Below are positions 37,648 through 50,049 of a stretch of 64,000 bases of DNA, one piece after another; position 1 is the first letter of the stretch; every line of letters begins with the position of its first letter. This DNA comes from Squalus acanthias (taxonomy: Eukaryota). The translations under genes were made by a program, and so were the position numbers. The notes below the pieces were generated by a model. That model worked only from the letters and a program-made list of their open reading frames with translations. It had not been told where the DNA came from and did not search any database. Location: the NCBI GenBank assembly GCA_030390025.1, contig JASTWF010000033.1:3970001-4034000 (forward strand), read 5' to 3'.

Positions 37648-39515
37648 GAATGGCCAGGAGATCCAAGAGCTAATAAGTCGCAAGCGCAAGGTATTCCTGA
37701 TCTTCAAACAGCAACAGAACTCTGGAACAAGAAAGCACCTCTACAGACACCTGAAGGCCGAAGTCCAACAAAAAACTCGCGACCTAAAGAAGAGATGTTT
37801 GGTGGAGAAAGCCCAGATGATCCAGCAGCTATCCGACAACCAGGAATACATGAACTCATTTATCTTATCTGGAAGGAGGAGAGCATGCCAGGGGATTTCA
37901 GAAATGCCGTAATCGTGACCATCTTCAAGAAAGGTGACAAGTTCGATTGCGGTAATTACAGAGGAGTTTCCCTGCTGTCTGCCACAGGGAAAGTCATTGC
38001 AAGAATACTCATCAATCGCCTTCTCCCAGTGATTGAGGAGCTCCTCCAGATTCGCAATGCAGATGCCGCCCACGAAGGGGAATAATGGACATGATCTTCA
38101 CCGCGCGTCAAAAGAAGAGAAATGCAGGGAACAGCACCAACCGCTGTACATGGCCTTCTTTGACATCACAAAGGCCTTCGACACTGTCAACCATGAGGGA
38201 TTATGGAGTTTCCTTCTCAAATTCGGCTGCCCTCAAATGTTTGTCATCCTCCTCTGCCTGCTTCATGACGACATGGAAGCCGTGATGTTGAAAACGGATC
38301 CACCACAGAACCAATTCACGTACAGACCTGGGTAAAGCAAGGCTGAATCATCGCAAATACGCTCTTCTCGATCTTCCTGGCAGCAATGCTCTATCTCACC
38401 CTCAGTAAGCTCCCAGCTGGAGTGGAGCTAATCTACAGAAAAAACTGAAACATTCTTCAATCTCCGTCGCCTCCAGTCCAGATCCAAGGTCGTCCCATCC
38501 TCTGTCATCGAATTACACTATGCAGACATCTGCGCACATTCGGAGGCCGAACTCTAAACCATCGTCAATACCTTCACCGTAGCGTACAAGAGCATAGGTC
38601 TTACATTAAGCATCCGTAAGGCAAACGTCCTCGACCAACCTGCCCCCGCCACACAGTATTTCCCCCGGTTTATCAAAATGCACGACCATGCCTTGGACAA
38701 CGTGGACCACTTTCCATACCTCGGGAGCCTACTGTCAACAAGGGCAGACTTCGATGACGAAGTCCAACACAGCCTTCAGTGTGTCAGTGCAGCCTTCGGT
38801 CGCCTGAGGATGAGAGTGTTTGAAGACCAGGACCTCAAACCCGGCACCATGGTCATTATCGACAGAGCAGTAGTGAATCCCGCCGTCCTGTACGCTTCAG
38901 AGACATGGACCATGTACAGCAGGCACCTCAAAGCACTGGAGAGGTACCACGAACGCTGTCGCCGCAAGATCCTGCCAATGCATTGGCAGGATAGGTGAAC
39001 CATAGTAGGACATCTCGCACAGGCCAACATCCCCAGCATGGAAGCTTTGAACACGCTCGATCAGCTCTGATGGACGGGTCACATTGTCCGCATGCCCGAG
39101 ACGAGACTCCCAAAACAAGCGCTCTACTCGGAGCTCCGACACGGCAGGAAAGCCCCAGGTGGGCAGAGGAAACGCTTCAGGGACACCCTCAAAGTCTCCT
39201 TGGAAAGTGCAACATCCCCTCCGACACCTGGGAATCCCTGGCCCAGGACCGCTCAAAGTGGAGGAGAAACTTCCGGGAAGGCGCTGAACACCTCGTGTCT
39301 CTTCGCTGGGAGGAAGCAGAAGCCAAGCACAAACAGCAGAAGGAGCGCACGTCAACACAAGCATCCCACCCACCCACCCTTTCAACCACCGTCTGCCCCA
39401 ACAATGACAGAGACTGTAGTTCCCGCATTGGACTCATCTGTCACCTGAGAACTCATTTTTAGTGTGGAAGCAAGTAAACCTCGGTTCCGAGGGACTGCCT
39501 CAGAAGTGAAGAAGA

Positions 39516-39680
39516 GGCAATGTTGAGGACTCGCAGGATCTCTCACAGCCGACTGTATACCCCTGTGCCCCCACCTCTGGTGAGTCTTTCCTGCTGGTGG
39601 AACAGGATATAACCTGGGATGGTGATGGAAGAGTCGGGAATGTTGACTTATAGGTCTGGTTCTGTGACTATGATTGTGCG
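39516..39680 (-). mobile_element. Old CR1-group LINE endonuclease fragment (part 2)
   Basis: Minus strand encodes ITIPGYILFHQQERLTRGGAQ-like APE sequence, contiguous with 27780-28265 across the RTE target duplication. Confidence 0.65.
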
Positions 39681-39914
39681 AGAATTCAATGCTTCCAGAG
39701 AGTTTCATGGAGTATTGAGACAGCTCCAGGATAGTTATCTCATTGTTTAATATTTTAAGCGTTTTGCTTTGACTCCTTTGTGTCAACCCTTTTCTCGTTT
39801 TATAATTTTCGCCACCTCTGTAAAGCACCATTACAAGATTAGCTTTTTCAGGTCAATTATTAGAAACACCTTGTTGTTCTTGTTCTAGATTCAGACAAAT
39901 AGAATCAATTTGGT

Positions 39915-39996
39915 GAACTAAGGCGGGGACATGTAACATTGGCTGCTCTGGGAATGAAATTCCTGGACTGCGACGGGAGCAGTGTTTTCTAGGCAG
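39915..39996. repeat. ~51-bp minisatellite (left remnant)
   Basis: ctgggaatgaaattcctggactgcgacgggagcagtg matches the unit at 44528-45220. Confidence 0.75.
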
Positions 39997-42900
39997 TTAC
40001 TGTTACTTGTTACTGCTTAAAACCTAATTTTCCCTGATTTAAGCAGGGTTATAAAGGGATATACAAGGCCTACAATTCAGAGCAGCTGAAGGCAGATAAT
40101 TAGGGAAACTAGTTTAAATTGGTTCTCGTGTAGCTGGGCTCAGCAAGTCTCCATTGTGCCAGGGCCTATAAAACAGGCTTTGAAGTGCGATTTTGCACTA
40201 AGTGCGGTTTGAACAGTTTGCTGCGAGTTGGGTGAGTCAGGGAATTAGGGGAGGAGTGGAAGCTTCGCCTTTGTTTTCCAAACTTTTAACCCTGTAGGAA
40301 TTGGTCATTATTGTACATCAAGGAAAGAACTCAAGAGTGGGAGCAGTCAAACAGCAACAACTGCGAAACCTCTAACGTGAGTTCACTATCAGGGAAGGAG
40401 CGGATTGCTAAGTAGGACCTGGTGAGTATTTCTACAGTCTAGTCCTTAATGTCAAAGTAAGGTCTCGAGTTTAGTGTAAGTAGCGTTTAAAGGGCATTTA
40501 GGTCCTTAGTGTATTTAATATTCATCAATTTAAAGGAAGTAAAGGGAGCAAATTAAGGGTAGGACATGGCATGGCAGGTCGGGACCGTGGAATGCTCCTC
40601 CTGTGCTATGTGGGAAGTCAGGGACACTTTCAGTGTACAGGGGGAACACATGTGCAGGAAATGTCTCCAGCTGCAGCTACTCGAAATCCGGGTTTCGGAG
40701 CTTGAGCTGCGGCTGGAGTCACTGTGTAGAGCGTCCGCGAAGCTGAGATCTTCGTGGATAGCACGTTTAACGAGGTGGTCACACCGCAGTAAAAGAGTGC
40801 ACAGGGAGAAAGGGAATGGTTGACCGCCAGACAGAGTAAAAGAACTAGGAAGGTAATGCAGGTGTCCCGTGGGTCCATCTCCCTATCCTAAAGATTTTCC
40901 GTTTTGGATACTGCTGGGGGCGATGGTTTCTCAGGGGAATGCAGCAAGATCCAAGTCCGTGGCATTACGAGTGGCACAGCTGCACAGGAGTGGAGGAAAA
41001 AGAGTGGGAGAGCAATAGTGATAGGGGATTCCATCGTAAGGGGAACAGATATACGTTTCTGTGGCCGCAGACGTGCCTCCCGGCTGGTATGTTGCCTCCG
41101 TGAAGCCAGGGTCAAGGATGTCACTGAACGGCTGCAGGGTATTCTGAAGGGGGAGGGCGAACAGTCAGAGGTTGTGGTTCACATTGGTACCAACGACAAG
41201 GGTAGAAAGAGGGATGAGGTTCTGCAACAAGAATTTAGGGAGCTAAGTAGCAGATTAAATGGCAGAAACTCAAATGTTGTAATCTCTGGATTACTCCCGG
41301 TGCCACGTGCTAGTGAGTATAGGAATAGGAGGATAGAGCAGATGAATGCGTGGGTAAAGAGTTGGTGCAGGAGGGAGGGCTTTTGTTTCCTGGATCACTG
41401 GGTCTGCTTCTGGGAAGGTGGGACCTGTACAAGTCGGACGGCTTGCACCTGAACAGGAACGGGACCAACATCCTTGCGGGGAGTTTTGCTGGTACTGTTG
41501 TGGGGGGTTTAAACTAACTTGGCAGAGGGATGGGATACGGAGTGGAGCTATAGTAGGGGGTGATGCACAGCCAAATATAGAGGAAAAAACAAGTCATCCT
41601 GGAAGGCAGAGCAAATATGTAAAAGCACAAGGAGGTATGGCAAGGCTGGACGGTATTTATTTTAATGCAAGGAGTCTTGCAAGTAAGGCAGATGAATTGA
41701 AGTTATTGACGAACACATGGGATTATGATATTGATGCTATCACAGAGACATGGTGGAGGGAGGGCAGGACTGGCAGCTCAATATTACGGGGTATAGAAAC
41801 ATCAGGCGAGACAGAGGGGGATGTCCAAAAGAGGGGTATCGCAATATTTTTCAAAGAGTCAATTACTGCTGTAAGGAGGGATGATATCTTCTCAGGTTCC
41901 TCTAATGAGGCCATATGGATAGAACTTAAAAACAAAAAGGGGCAAGCACTTTGCTGGGAGTGTACTATCTGCCCCCAAACAGCCAGTGGGAGATAGAGGA
42001 ACAGAGATGTAGTCAAATCTCAGAGAAGTGTAGAAATAATAGGATAATAATAGAAGGAATTTTCAACTTCCCAAATATTAATTTTGACAGTGAGAGTGCG
42101 AAATACTTAGAGGGTGCAGCATTCTTAAAGTGCATCCAGGAGAGCTTTTTGACCAGCATGCAGAAAGTCCGACAAGAGGGGGGGGCGGTACTGGATCTAA
42201 TTCTATGGAATGTAGCCGGGCAAGTGGTAGATGTGCCAGTAGGAGAGCATTATGGTGACAGTGACCATAATTCGGTGAGATTTAAGGTAGTCATGGAAAA
42301 GGACAAACATTCACCGGAAATTAATGTTCTAAACTGCGGGAAAGCCGATTTTAATATGATTAGGCAGGATCAACCCAAAGTGGACTGGGATGAGCTACTT
42401 GTCGGAAAATCCACATCAGAGAAGTGGGAGTCTTTCAGAAAGGAAATAGAGAGAGTAGAACGCCAATATTTTCCCGTAAAGGACAAGGGTGGGACCAACA
42501 ATCCCAGGGACCCCGGATGTCAAGATATGTACAAGAATGGATGCGGAAATAAATGGAGGCTTTTGGCAGATACAAAGTCCTAAATTGAGTGGAAGCCCTA
42601 GAGGATGATAGAAATTGCAGGGGGTTACTTAAGAACGAAATTAGGAGAGCGAAAGGGGGCATGAAAAAACAGTGGCCGCCATAATAAAGGAAAATCCCAA
42701 TGTGTTTTATAAGTATATTAAGGGCAAGATGATAACTAGGGAAAGAGTAGGGCCTATTGGGTACCAAAGTGGTAATTTGTGTGCAGAGCCGGAGGATGTA
42801 GCTGAGGTTTTAAATGAATATTTTGCATCGGTGTTCACTATGGAGAAGGACGATGCAGACATATAAATCAGGCAGGTGGATGGTGATATACTTGAAAAAA

Positions 42901-44527
42901 TTAGGATGGAGAGGGAGCAGGTACTAGCGGTTTTACCGTGCTTAAAGGTGGATAAATCCCCAGACCCAGAAGAGATGTATCCCAGGCTGCTGTGTAAGGC
43001 AAGGGGGGAGATTGCAGGGGCTCTGACACAAATTTTCAGAACCTCTCTGAACACAGGGGAGGTGCCAGAGGATTGGAGGACAGCTAACGTAGTACCATTG
43101 TTCAACAAAGGTAATAGGGATAAACCAGGTAATTACAGGCCAGTGAGCCTGACATCAGTGGTCGGAAAATTATTGGAAAAAATTCAGATGGACAGAATTA
43201 GTCTCAACTTGGAGAGGCTTGGATTAATAAATAATCAGCATGGCTTTGTCAGGGGGAGATCATGTCTGACCAATTTGATTGAATTTTTCGAGGGGATGAC
43301 TAGGTGTGTGGATGAGTGTAGTGCAGTTGATATATTCTACATGGACTTTAGTAAGGCTTTTGACAAAGTTCCGCATGTGACACTGGTCAAGAAGTTAAGA
43401 GCCCATGGGATCCAGGGAAATTTGGCACATTGGATCCAAAATTGGCTTAGTGGCAGGAAGCAGAGGGTGATGTTCGAAGGTTGTTTTTGTGACTGGAGGC
43501 CTGTGTCCAGTGGTGTACCGCAGGGATCGGTGCTGTGTCCTTTGCTGTTTGTAGTGTACATTAATGATTCAGATATGAATGTACGGGGTATGATCAGTAA
43601 TTTCGCAGGTGACATGAAAATTGGTTGAGTGTTAAATATCAAGGAGGGATGCCTCAGGCTACAGGACGATAAGATGGGTTGGTCAGCTGGCCAGATCAGT
43701 GGCAAATGGAATTTAACCCCGAAAAGTGTGAGGTGATGCATTTTGAGAGTTGTTACAAGGCAAGAGAATATACAATGAATTGTAGGGCCCTAGGAATGAC
43801 AGAGGAACGCGGGGACGTTGGTGTACATGTACATAAATCCCTGCGGGCAGAAGGACAGCTAGATAAGGTGTTTAAAAAGTCATATGGGATACTTGCCTTC
43901 ATTAGCCGAGCCATAGAATATAAGAGCAGGGATGTTATGATGGAGGTTTACAAAACGCTGGTTAGGCCACACCTGGAACACTGTGTGCAGTTCTGGCCGC
44001 CTCACTATAGGAAGGATGTGATTGCATTGGAGAGGATGCAGAGGAGTTTCACCAGGATGTTACCTGGGCTAAAGCACTTCAGCTATGAAGAGAGACTGAA
44101 CAAGCTGGGGTTGTTTTCCTTAGAACAGGGAAGGATGAGGGGGGAACTGATTCAGGTGTCCAAAATTATGAGGGGCATAGATAGGGAAGATTGTAAAAGA
44201 ACTTTTCCCTTATTAGTGGGGTAAATAAACATGGGGCATAGTTTCAAGTTAAGGGGCAAGAGTTTTAGAGGGGATTGAAGGAAAAACGTTTTCACCAGAG
44301 GGTGTTTGGAATCTGCAACTCATTGCCTGAAAGGGTGGTAGAGGCAGGAACCCTAACAATATTCAAGAAGCATTTAGATGAGCACTTGAAACGCCTTATC
44401 ATACAAGGCTACGGACCAAGTGCTAGAAAATAGGATTAGAATAGTTAGGGAATGATGGCCGGCGCGGACACGATGGGCCGAAGGGCCTCTCTCTGTGCTG
44501 AATAACTCTATGACTCGATGAATCTAT
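39997..44527 (+). mobile_element. Full-length, heavily decayed CR1 LINE (second family) inserted in the 51-bp array
   Basis: 5'UTR; ORF1 remnants 40566-41515 (CSSC/CRKC, IGDSIVRG, HIGTND); ORF2 remnants ~41640-44440; gactctat-like tail. GGCAG at 39992-39996 and 44528-44532. Confidence 0.92.
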
Positions 44528-45220
44528 GGCAGCCCTGGGAGTTAAATTCCATGACTGAGGCGGGAGCAGTGCAATCTAAGTGGCCCTCGGCATCAACATT
44601 CTGGAGTGAGGCGGGAGCTGTTTAATCTTGTCGGATCTGGGAATGTAATTCCTGGACTGAGATGGAAGCAGTGTTATGAAGGCGTCCATGGGAATGAAGT
44701 TCCTGGACTGAGGGAACAATAGTATCATCTCGGCGTCCATGGGAAGGACGTTCCTGGTATGAGGCGGGAACTGTGTAATCTTAGCGGCACGGGGAATTAA
44801 TTTCAAGGTCTGAAGTGGGAGCAGTGTAATCTAGGCGACCCAGGGAATTACATTCTGGAGTGAGGCAGGAGCAGTGAAATCTAGGCGACCCAAGGAATTA
44901 CATTCTGGAGTGAGGTGGGAGCAGTGTAATCTTAGCGGCACGGGGAATTAATTTCCAGGACTGAAGTGGGAGCAGTGTAATCTAGGCGGCCCAGGGAATT
45001 ACATTCTGGAGTGAGGCGGGAGCAGTGTAATCTAGGCGACCCAGGGAATTACATTCTGGAGTGAGGCGGGAGCAGTGAAATCTTAGCGGCCCTGCGAGTT
45101 AAATTCCTGCACTGAGGTGGGAGCAGTGTAAACTAGGAGGCACTGCAAATTAAATTCCTGGACTAAGGCGGGAAAACTGTAATCTAGGCGGCGCTGGGAA
45201 TGAAATTCCTGTACTGAGGA
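44528..45220. repeat. ~51-bp minisatellite
   Basis: Unit ~ggcggccctgggaattaaattcctggactgaggcgggagcagtgtaatcta, about 13 copies. Confidence 0.92.
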
Positions 45221-45522
45221 AGGGTGAAATATTGAGCGTAAACTCATTTTTAATTTAAAGCTGTGTACAATTATGTGAGCTGGATTGTGTTGTAATGAAG
45301 TGTGTGGTGAAAATGGATCAATGAATGTAATTAATGCCAGTTACAGTGAGGCCTAATGATGTCACTCGGGGATTTCCCGCTGCTCTAAATAAGGAACCCT
45401 CTTCACTTTGTGACCTCACACAATCAGCGCATTGCCTCCAGCACAAAGGCCACCAGCCTCTCAGAGAAGAGATGTCGTGGGTTCGAGGTTATCTACGGAA
45501 AGTATTCTTGAACAGTGACAGT

Positions 45523-46323
45523 AAACAACAAAACTTTGGAATAACACCAGATAATGTTGAAAACACTCAGCAGGTCAGGCAGCATCCGGGGAGAGATAAA
45601 ATGTTAACGTTTCTGGTCTGTGACCGTTCGTCAGAACTGAAAAAGTTAGAGATGTAACGGATTTTAAGCAGTTGCAGTGGCAGGGAAATTGGGAAGGGGT
45701 GGAGCAAAGAACAAAAGGGTCTGTCTGTGATAGGGTGGAAGGCAGGACTGCTTAAATGTTGCAAATGGGAATGGGAGAAACATCAACAGCTGCCGCCTGA
45801 TAAAAATAGGGGCGGAGGTTATGGTCCGAAATTGCGGAACTCAATGTTGTGTCCAGAATGCTGTAAAGTGCCTAATAGAAAGATAAAGTGCTGTTCCTCG
45901 CGGTTAAATTGAGCTTCATTGGAACAATGTAAGAAGCCGAGGACAGAGATGTCAGAGTGGGAGGGGAGCAGCGAATTAAAGTGACAGGGGACCGGAAGCT
46001 CGGGGTCACGCTTACGGACTGAACAGAAGTGTTCCGTAAAGCTATCACCCAATCTGCGTTTGTTCTCCGCAATGCAGAGGAGACCGCATCGTGAGCAGCG
46101 AATACAGTACACTAAATTGTAAGAAGTACAAGTAAATTTCAGGAAGGAGTGTTTGTGGCCCTGGACAATGGGAAGGGAGGAGGTAAAAGTGCAGGTGTTG
46201 CATCTCCTGCACTTGCATGGGAAGGTGCTGTGGGGAGGGGAGGGGCTGTTGGGGGTGATTGAGGAGTGGACTATGGGGTTGTGGAGGATGCGGTTCCTTC
46301 GGAATGCTGAAAGGGGAGGGGAG
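45523..46323 (-). mobile_element. Decayed Penelope 3' fragment (GIY-YIG + pLTR with hammerhead motif)
   Basis: ORF 45819-46337 is homologous to the C-terminus of 31740-33407. Minus strand at ~45603-45640: cugacga acggucacagacc a gaaacguuaac. Confidence 0.88.
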
Positions 46324-46329
46324 GATATA

Positions 46330-46830
46330 CAAAACATTCACTATCGCCTTCTTTCTGCTGCTAGTGTTCCTTGTAAGTATCTATGTCCAGTTATTAATTC
46401 TACAAACCATGTTACACTGTAATATTATTCCTGCTATTTACCGGGTCATACTCAGCTATTAATTGTATTCTGTGTTTCAAGTTGTTGTATCTTTGTTAAT
46501 GCAAGAGGTGTTGTTTAAAAAGACTGGCACATCCTCGCTGCTGTTGGTGTTCCTGGTACGTCTCTGTATCCAGCTATTAATTGTAGAAATCATGTTTTAC
46601 TGTATTAATGTTCTTGTCATTTACTCCCCCACACCCTCTCGCTACTGTTGGTGTCCCTGGTATTAATTCTGGAAATCATTTTTAGCTGTATTACTGTTCT
46701 TGTCAATTACTCCCCCACACCCTCTCGCTATTTTTGGTGTCCCTGGTAAGTCTCTGTATCCAGCTATTAATTCTATAAATCATGTTTAATTGTATTTATC
46801 TCCTTGTCATTCTTCATCCTATCCGCACGG
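46330..46830 (+). repeat. ~90-190-bp tandem duplication containing the GPCR exon-1 3' end and splice donor
   Basis: ctcgctgctgttggtgtccctg|gtaagt-like motif followed by ctctgtatccagctattaatt occurs four times, ending near 46372, 46556, 46659 and 46745. Confidence 0.75.
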
Positions 46831-47009
46831 CTGTCGGCTGTTGATTCTGAGGGTGAAACCGTGTTACCAAGATTCAATTGTTCTATATTCAACTCAAGAA
46901 AGGATATTGGACGAGACTCTTTGCTTAACGAATTTCGTTCTGCTATCTACACTGAACATTTGTAACAGATCAGAAGAATGTTGTCTTGGCTGAGGTGAAT
47001 TGTCAACTA

Positions 47010-47140
47010 ATGGCGAAAGATCATCGAACTGAAACGTTAACTCTCTCACTCTCCAGTGATGGTGCCTGACCTGCTGAGTATTTAAAACATTTTCTATTCT
47101 TATTTCAGATTTCCAGCATCCGCAGTAATTTGATTTTGTT
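47010..47140 (+). mobile_element. Solo decayed Penelope pLTR fragment
   Basis: gaaagatcatcgaactgaaacgttaactctc...tgcctgacctgctgagt...tttcagatttccagcatccgcagta, similar to 33849-33971. Confidence 0.75.
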
Positions 47141-49454
47141 TTCAGTGAATGGTCGGTATGGTTACTGACACAGAGTCACAGGAATTATTCCTGGCAGATC
47201 ACAAACACATTTTAAATATCTGAAATATCCGCAAATCATTCAGTTCCAGTCAGTGACTCCTTTCCCACCAACTCTAGATCTGCATTATTGATACTGTTTC
47301 TGATGGTTAGAATAGGATTACAAGGATAATTTAAATTCTCAAAAAACGATCAGTCAGCCATATTTCAATGTGTTTATTTCCAGTGTCTGTTTTGAAACTA
47401 CAATTGGATCCCATGCCCGTCTGCCACAGTTCAGTGGCTCTCTCAGTGAGATCCAGAGTGATTCTCTATTGCCTCATGCTGTACTGCAGGTTAATCAATC
47501 ACATCTGATTGCAACTGAAGTACTGAGGATAAGAAAATCCTTTCATATTTTCTCGACGAATATTCGTTGCGCAAGTTGGACACAAACAGATGAAAAAGTA
47601 CAAGGATAATTATCTTCCACTTGTTTTCAGATACTTTACGAAAGCGTTCGGCGGCTCGCTGCCTGTGGGATGAGTCGCTTAATTAGGACGGTAATAAATG
47701 CATTTAGTGGGATATTACCTGGTCAGTGATAACTTTGTATTTTAATTCAGATTACATTCTCTGCTATTTTATTTGGAAAATCTTCCATTTAATGAGCCAC
47801 AATTTGAGTATTTCAACAAAACTATGGAAAGCTCACTCTTCAAACACTTCTTAATTACCAGTTATCCTTATAATTGCAGTACACTTGTACTTATTATCTT
47901 AGCACTTGCATATTGCCTCCGTACATTTTAAATACAATTGCCTGTAATTATTGCACACCAAGATTGCAGTTTCTGTATTTTGCCATTGCATTCATTTTCA
48001 GTTCTAAATATAATGGATATTCTAAGCAGAAGCAGGAATCCATGCGGGATTACTCCCTCCCTAATACAGCGGCACTGAAGCGAATTGCACCGCTCGAAAT
48101 GCTGACCAATCCCGGGCCAGGAAGGCTTCCTGAGAGATTTTGGTCGTTTGTGTCCCTGGTACCTCGGGCGGTGTTTTTCTCTGCAAGTCTAAATATCGAT
48201 CTACCATTCAATCTCTCGTTGATCAAATATCTGTTACTTTCATGTTGTACTTATTCCCGTTTCATTTCTTAATTCCACAATAGATTCTCGATTACTCTTA
48301 CAACAAACCCTGTAATCAGCTTCACGGGCAATAGAATTAGATTTTATCATTGAATGTCACTAAAGAGTTGCTGATTTCTCCCCGAATTCCTTCAAACTGC
48401 TGCTCTTGTTCCCAGCCTGATGTATAAGTTCCCTGTTTATTTCCCTTCTTCACAGTGAACTTAGTTACGATTGTGATTCTGTCTCGGGGAAAGTGCGGTC
48501 TCTCCAAATGTGTCACTCGCTACCTGGTGGCCATGACAGCGTCTGATCTCCTGGTTGTTATCCTCGACCTGATATTGAGGCAGATTCCGATTGTTTATAG
48601 GGAACAGTTTTATTTCGTGAATTCCATCCGCGTGTGTAATATCCACGCCGTCCTGCTTTATGCAGCCACAGGCTGTTCTGACTGGTTCACCGTCACTTTC
48701 ACCTTTGATCGATTTGTGGCCATTTATCGCCAGAAGCTGATAACTAAATATTGCAACCGAGAAAACGGCGGCTGTGGCTCTAGGAACATTGACTGTGCAG
48801 AGCGGTTTAAACAATATTTTCTGGTATTTTATGTTCACAGATGGGTATCGGCTTCAGATCCTCCCCTGGTGTTGTGATGTAACAATAGATATTACGTTTT
48901 CACGGGTCTAGGGAGCAATTGAGTTCCTTCATTATATTCTCACACCCGGGGTCCCATTTGTCGTGATTCTGCTGCTCAATGCTGTCACCGTCAGACACAT
49001 TTTACGGTCCAGCAGAGCCCGCAGGACACTCCGGGGTCCCAGCAATGGGGAGAGTCCCAGAGACCCAGAGATGGAGAGCCGCAGGAAATCCATCATTTTA
49101 CTGCTTGTTATCTCCGGCAACTTCATCCTGTTGTGGACAGTGTTTATGGTGTATCAAATATTGAGGCGGATATGGTATTTGTGGCCTGTGTCTATAATTT
49201 TGCCGCATTATGTAAGGGAAATAGGATTGATGCTGCAGCTGCTGAGTTGCTGCACAAACATTGGGATTTATGCCGTCATCCAGACTAAGTTCAGAGAGCA
49301 ACTGAAAAATGTGGGAAAATATCACTTTACTCTGATTGTAAAATTAATTAAAGGATGATGTGAAGCGGAGACTTTGCAGCCTGAGAGCTCCCTGTGTTCT
49401 GATATTGTGGCGAGCCGTTTTCCAAGGGCTGGGCCGCCCGCCGCGTGGAAATTT

Positions 49455-49985
49455 ACATAACAATGATGGCGGCTCTGGCGTCCCGCACAAAGATGGTGTA
49501 CTCGGCGTCCAGTACAAGATGGCGGCCCTGGCGTTCCTTACAAAGATGGTACCCTAGCGCCCTGCACAAGATCGCGACCCTGGCGCTCCTTACAAAGATG
49601 GTACCCTAGCGCCCCGCACAAGATGGCGGCCCTGGCGTTCCCCACAAAGATGGCGGCCCCGGCGCCCGGCAGAAAGATGGCGGCCCCGGCGCCCAGCAAA
49701 GAGATGGCTGCCCCGGCACCACGCACAATTCAGGTGCCCCCGGGGTCCCGAACAATTAGGGTGGCTCCGGTGCCCCGCATAAATATGTTGGAGCCAACGT
49801 CCCGCACAATAAGTGCGGCTCCAGTGCCCCGCACAAAGATATCGGCTCCGTTGCCCGGCACAAAGATAGCTACTCCGACGCCCCTAACAAAAATGGCGAC
49901 TCCGGCATCCCGCTCAAAACTGGCGGCCCGGCATCCCGCACAAAGATGGCGGCTCTTGGGCCCCATAACAAAGATGCCGGCTCTA
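49455..49985. repeat. ~27-bp GC-rich minisatellite built on AAGATGGCGGC
   Basis: About 20 units of cacaaagatggcggccc.ggcgcccc with variants. Confidence 0.9.
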
Positions 49986-50049
49986 GTTACATCATTATAA
50001 CTCTTTATAAATCATTATGATCATTAAGAAATTATTGTTTGATTCATTC

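Larger units (their letters stand above)
28266..39515 (+). mobile_element. Decayed RTE-clade LINE, split by a Harbinger and a hammerhead mini-insertion
   Basis: APE remnants at 28266-29139 (ELRRFDVDIASLS, GYTFFWKG, LIILGDF). RT at 37850-39000 (KKGDKFDCGNYRGVSLLS, YMAFFDITKAFDTV, VDHFPYLGS). C-terminal C2H2-like CPNNDRDC...HLRTH. GAA-rich tail. GGCAATG duplicated at 28259-28265 and 39516-39522. Confidence 0.9.
45472..49358 (+). pseudogene. GPR139/GPR142-like class A GPCR pseudogene (main exon 48456-49358; short exon 1 disrupted)
   Basis: Splice acceptor at 48454-55, then NLVTIVILSRGKCGLSKCVTRYLVAMTASDLLV...TVTFTFDRFVAI...PFVVILLLNAVTVRHIL...RRKSIILL...LQLLSCCTN..IY...QTKFREQL. One-base insertion at ~48755 and in-frame TAG at 48909-48911. 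Exon-1-like DIQNIHYRLLSAASVP|gtaagt at 46324-46378. The 5' boundary (ATG 45472) is tentative. Confidence 0.85.

Noticed and set aside
49623..50000. 125-aa (KMAAPAP)n ORF
   Set aside because: Translation of the 27-bp (9-codon) minisatellite; no independent coding evidence.
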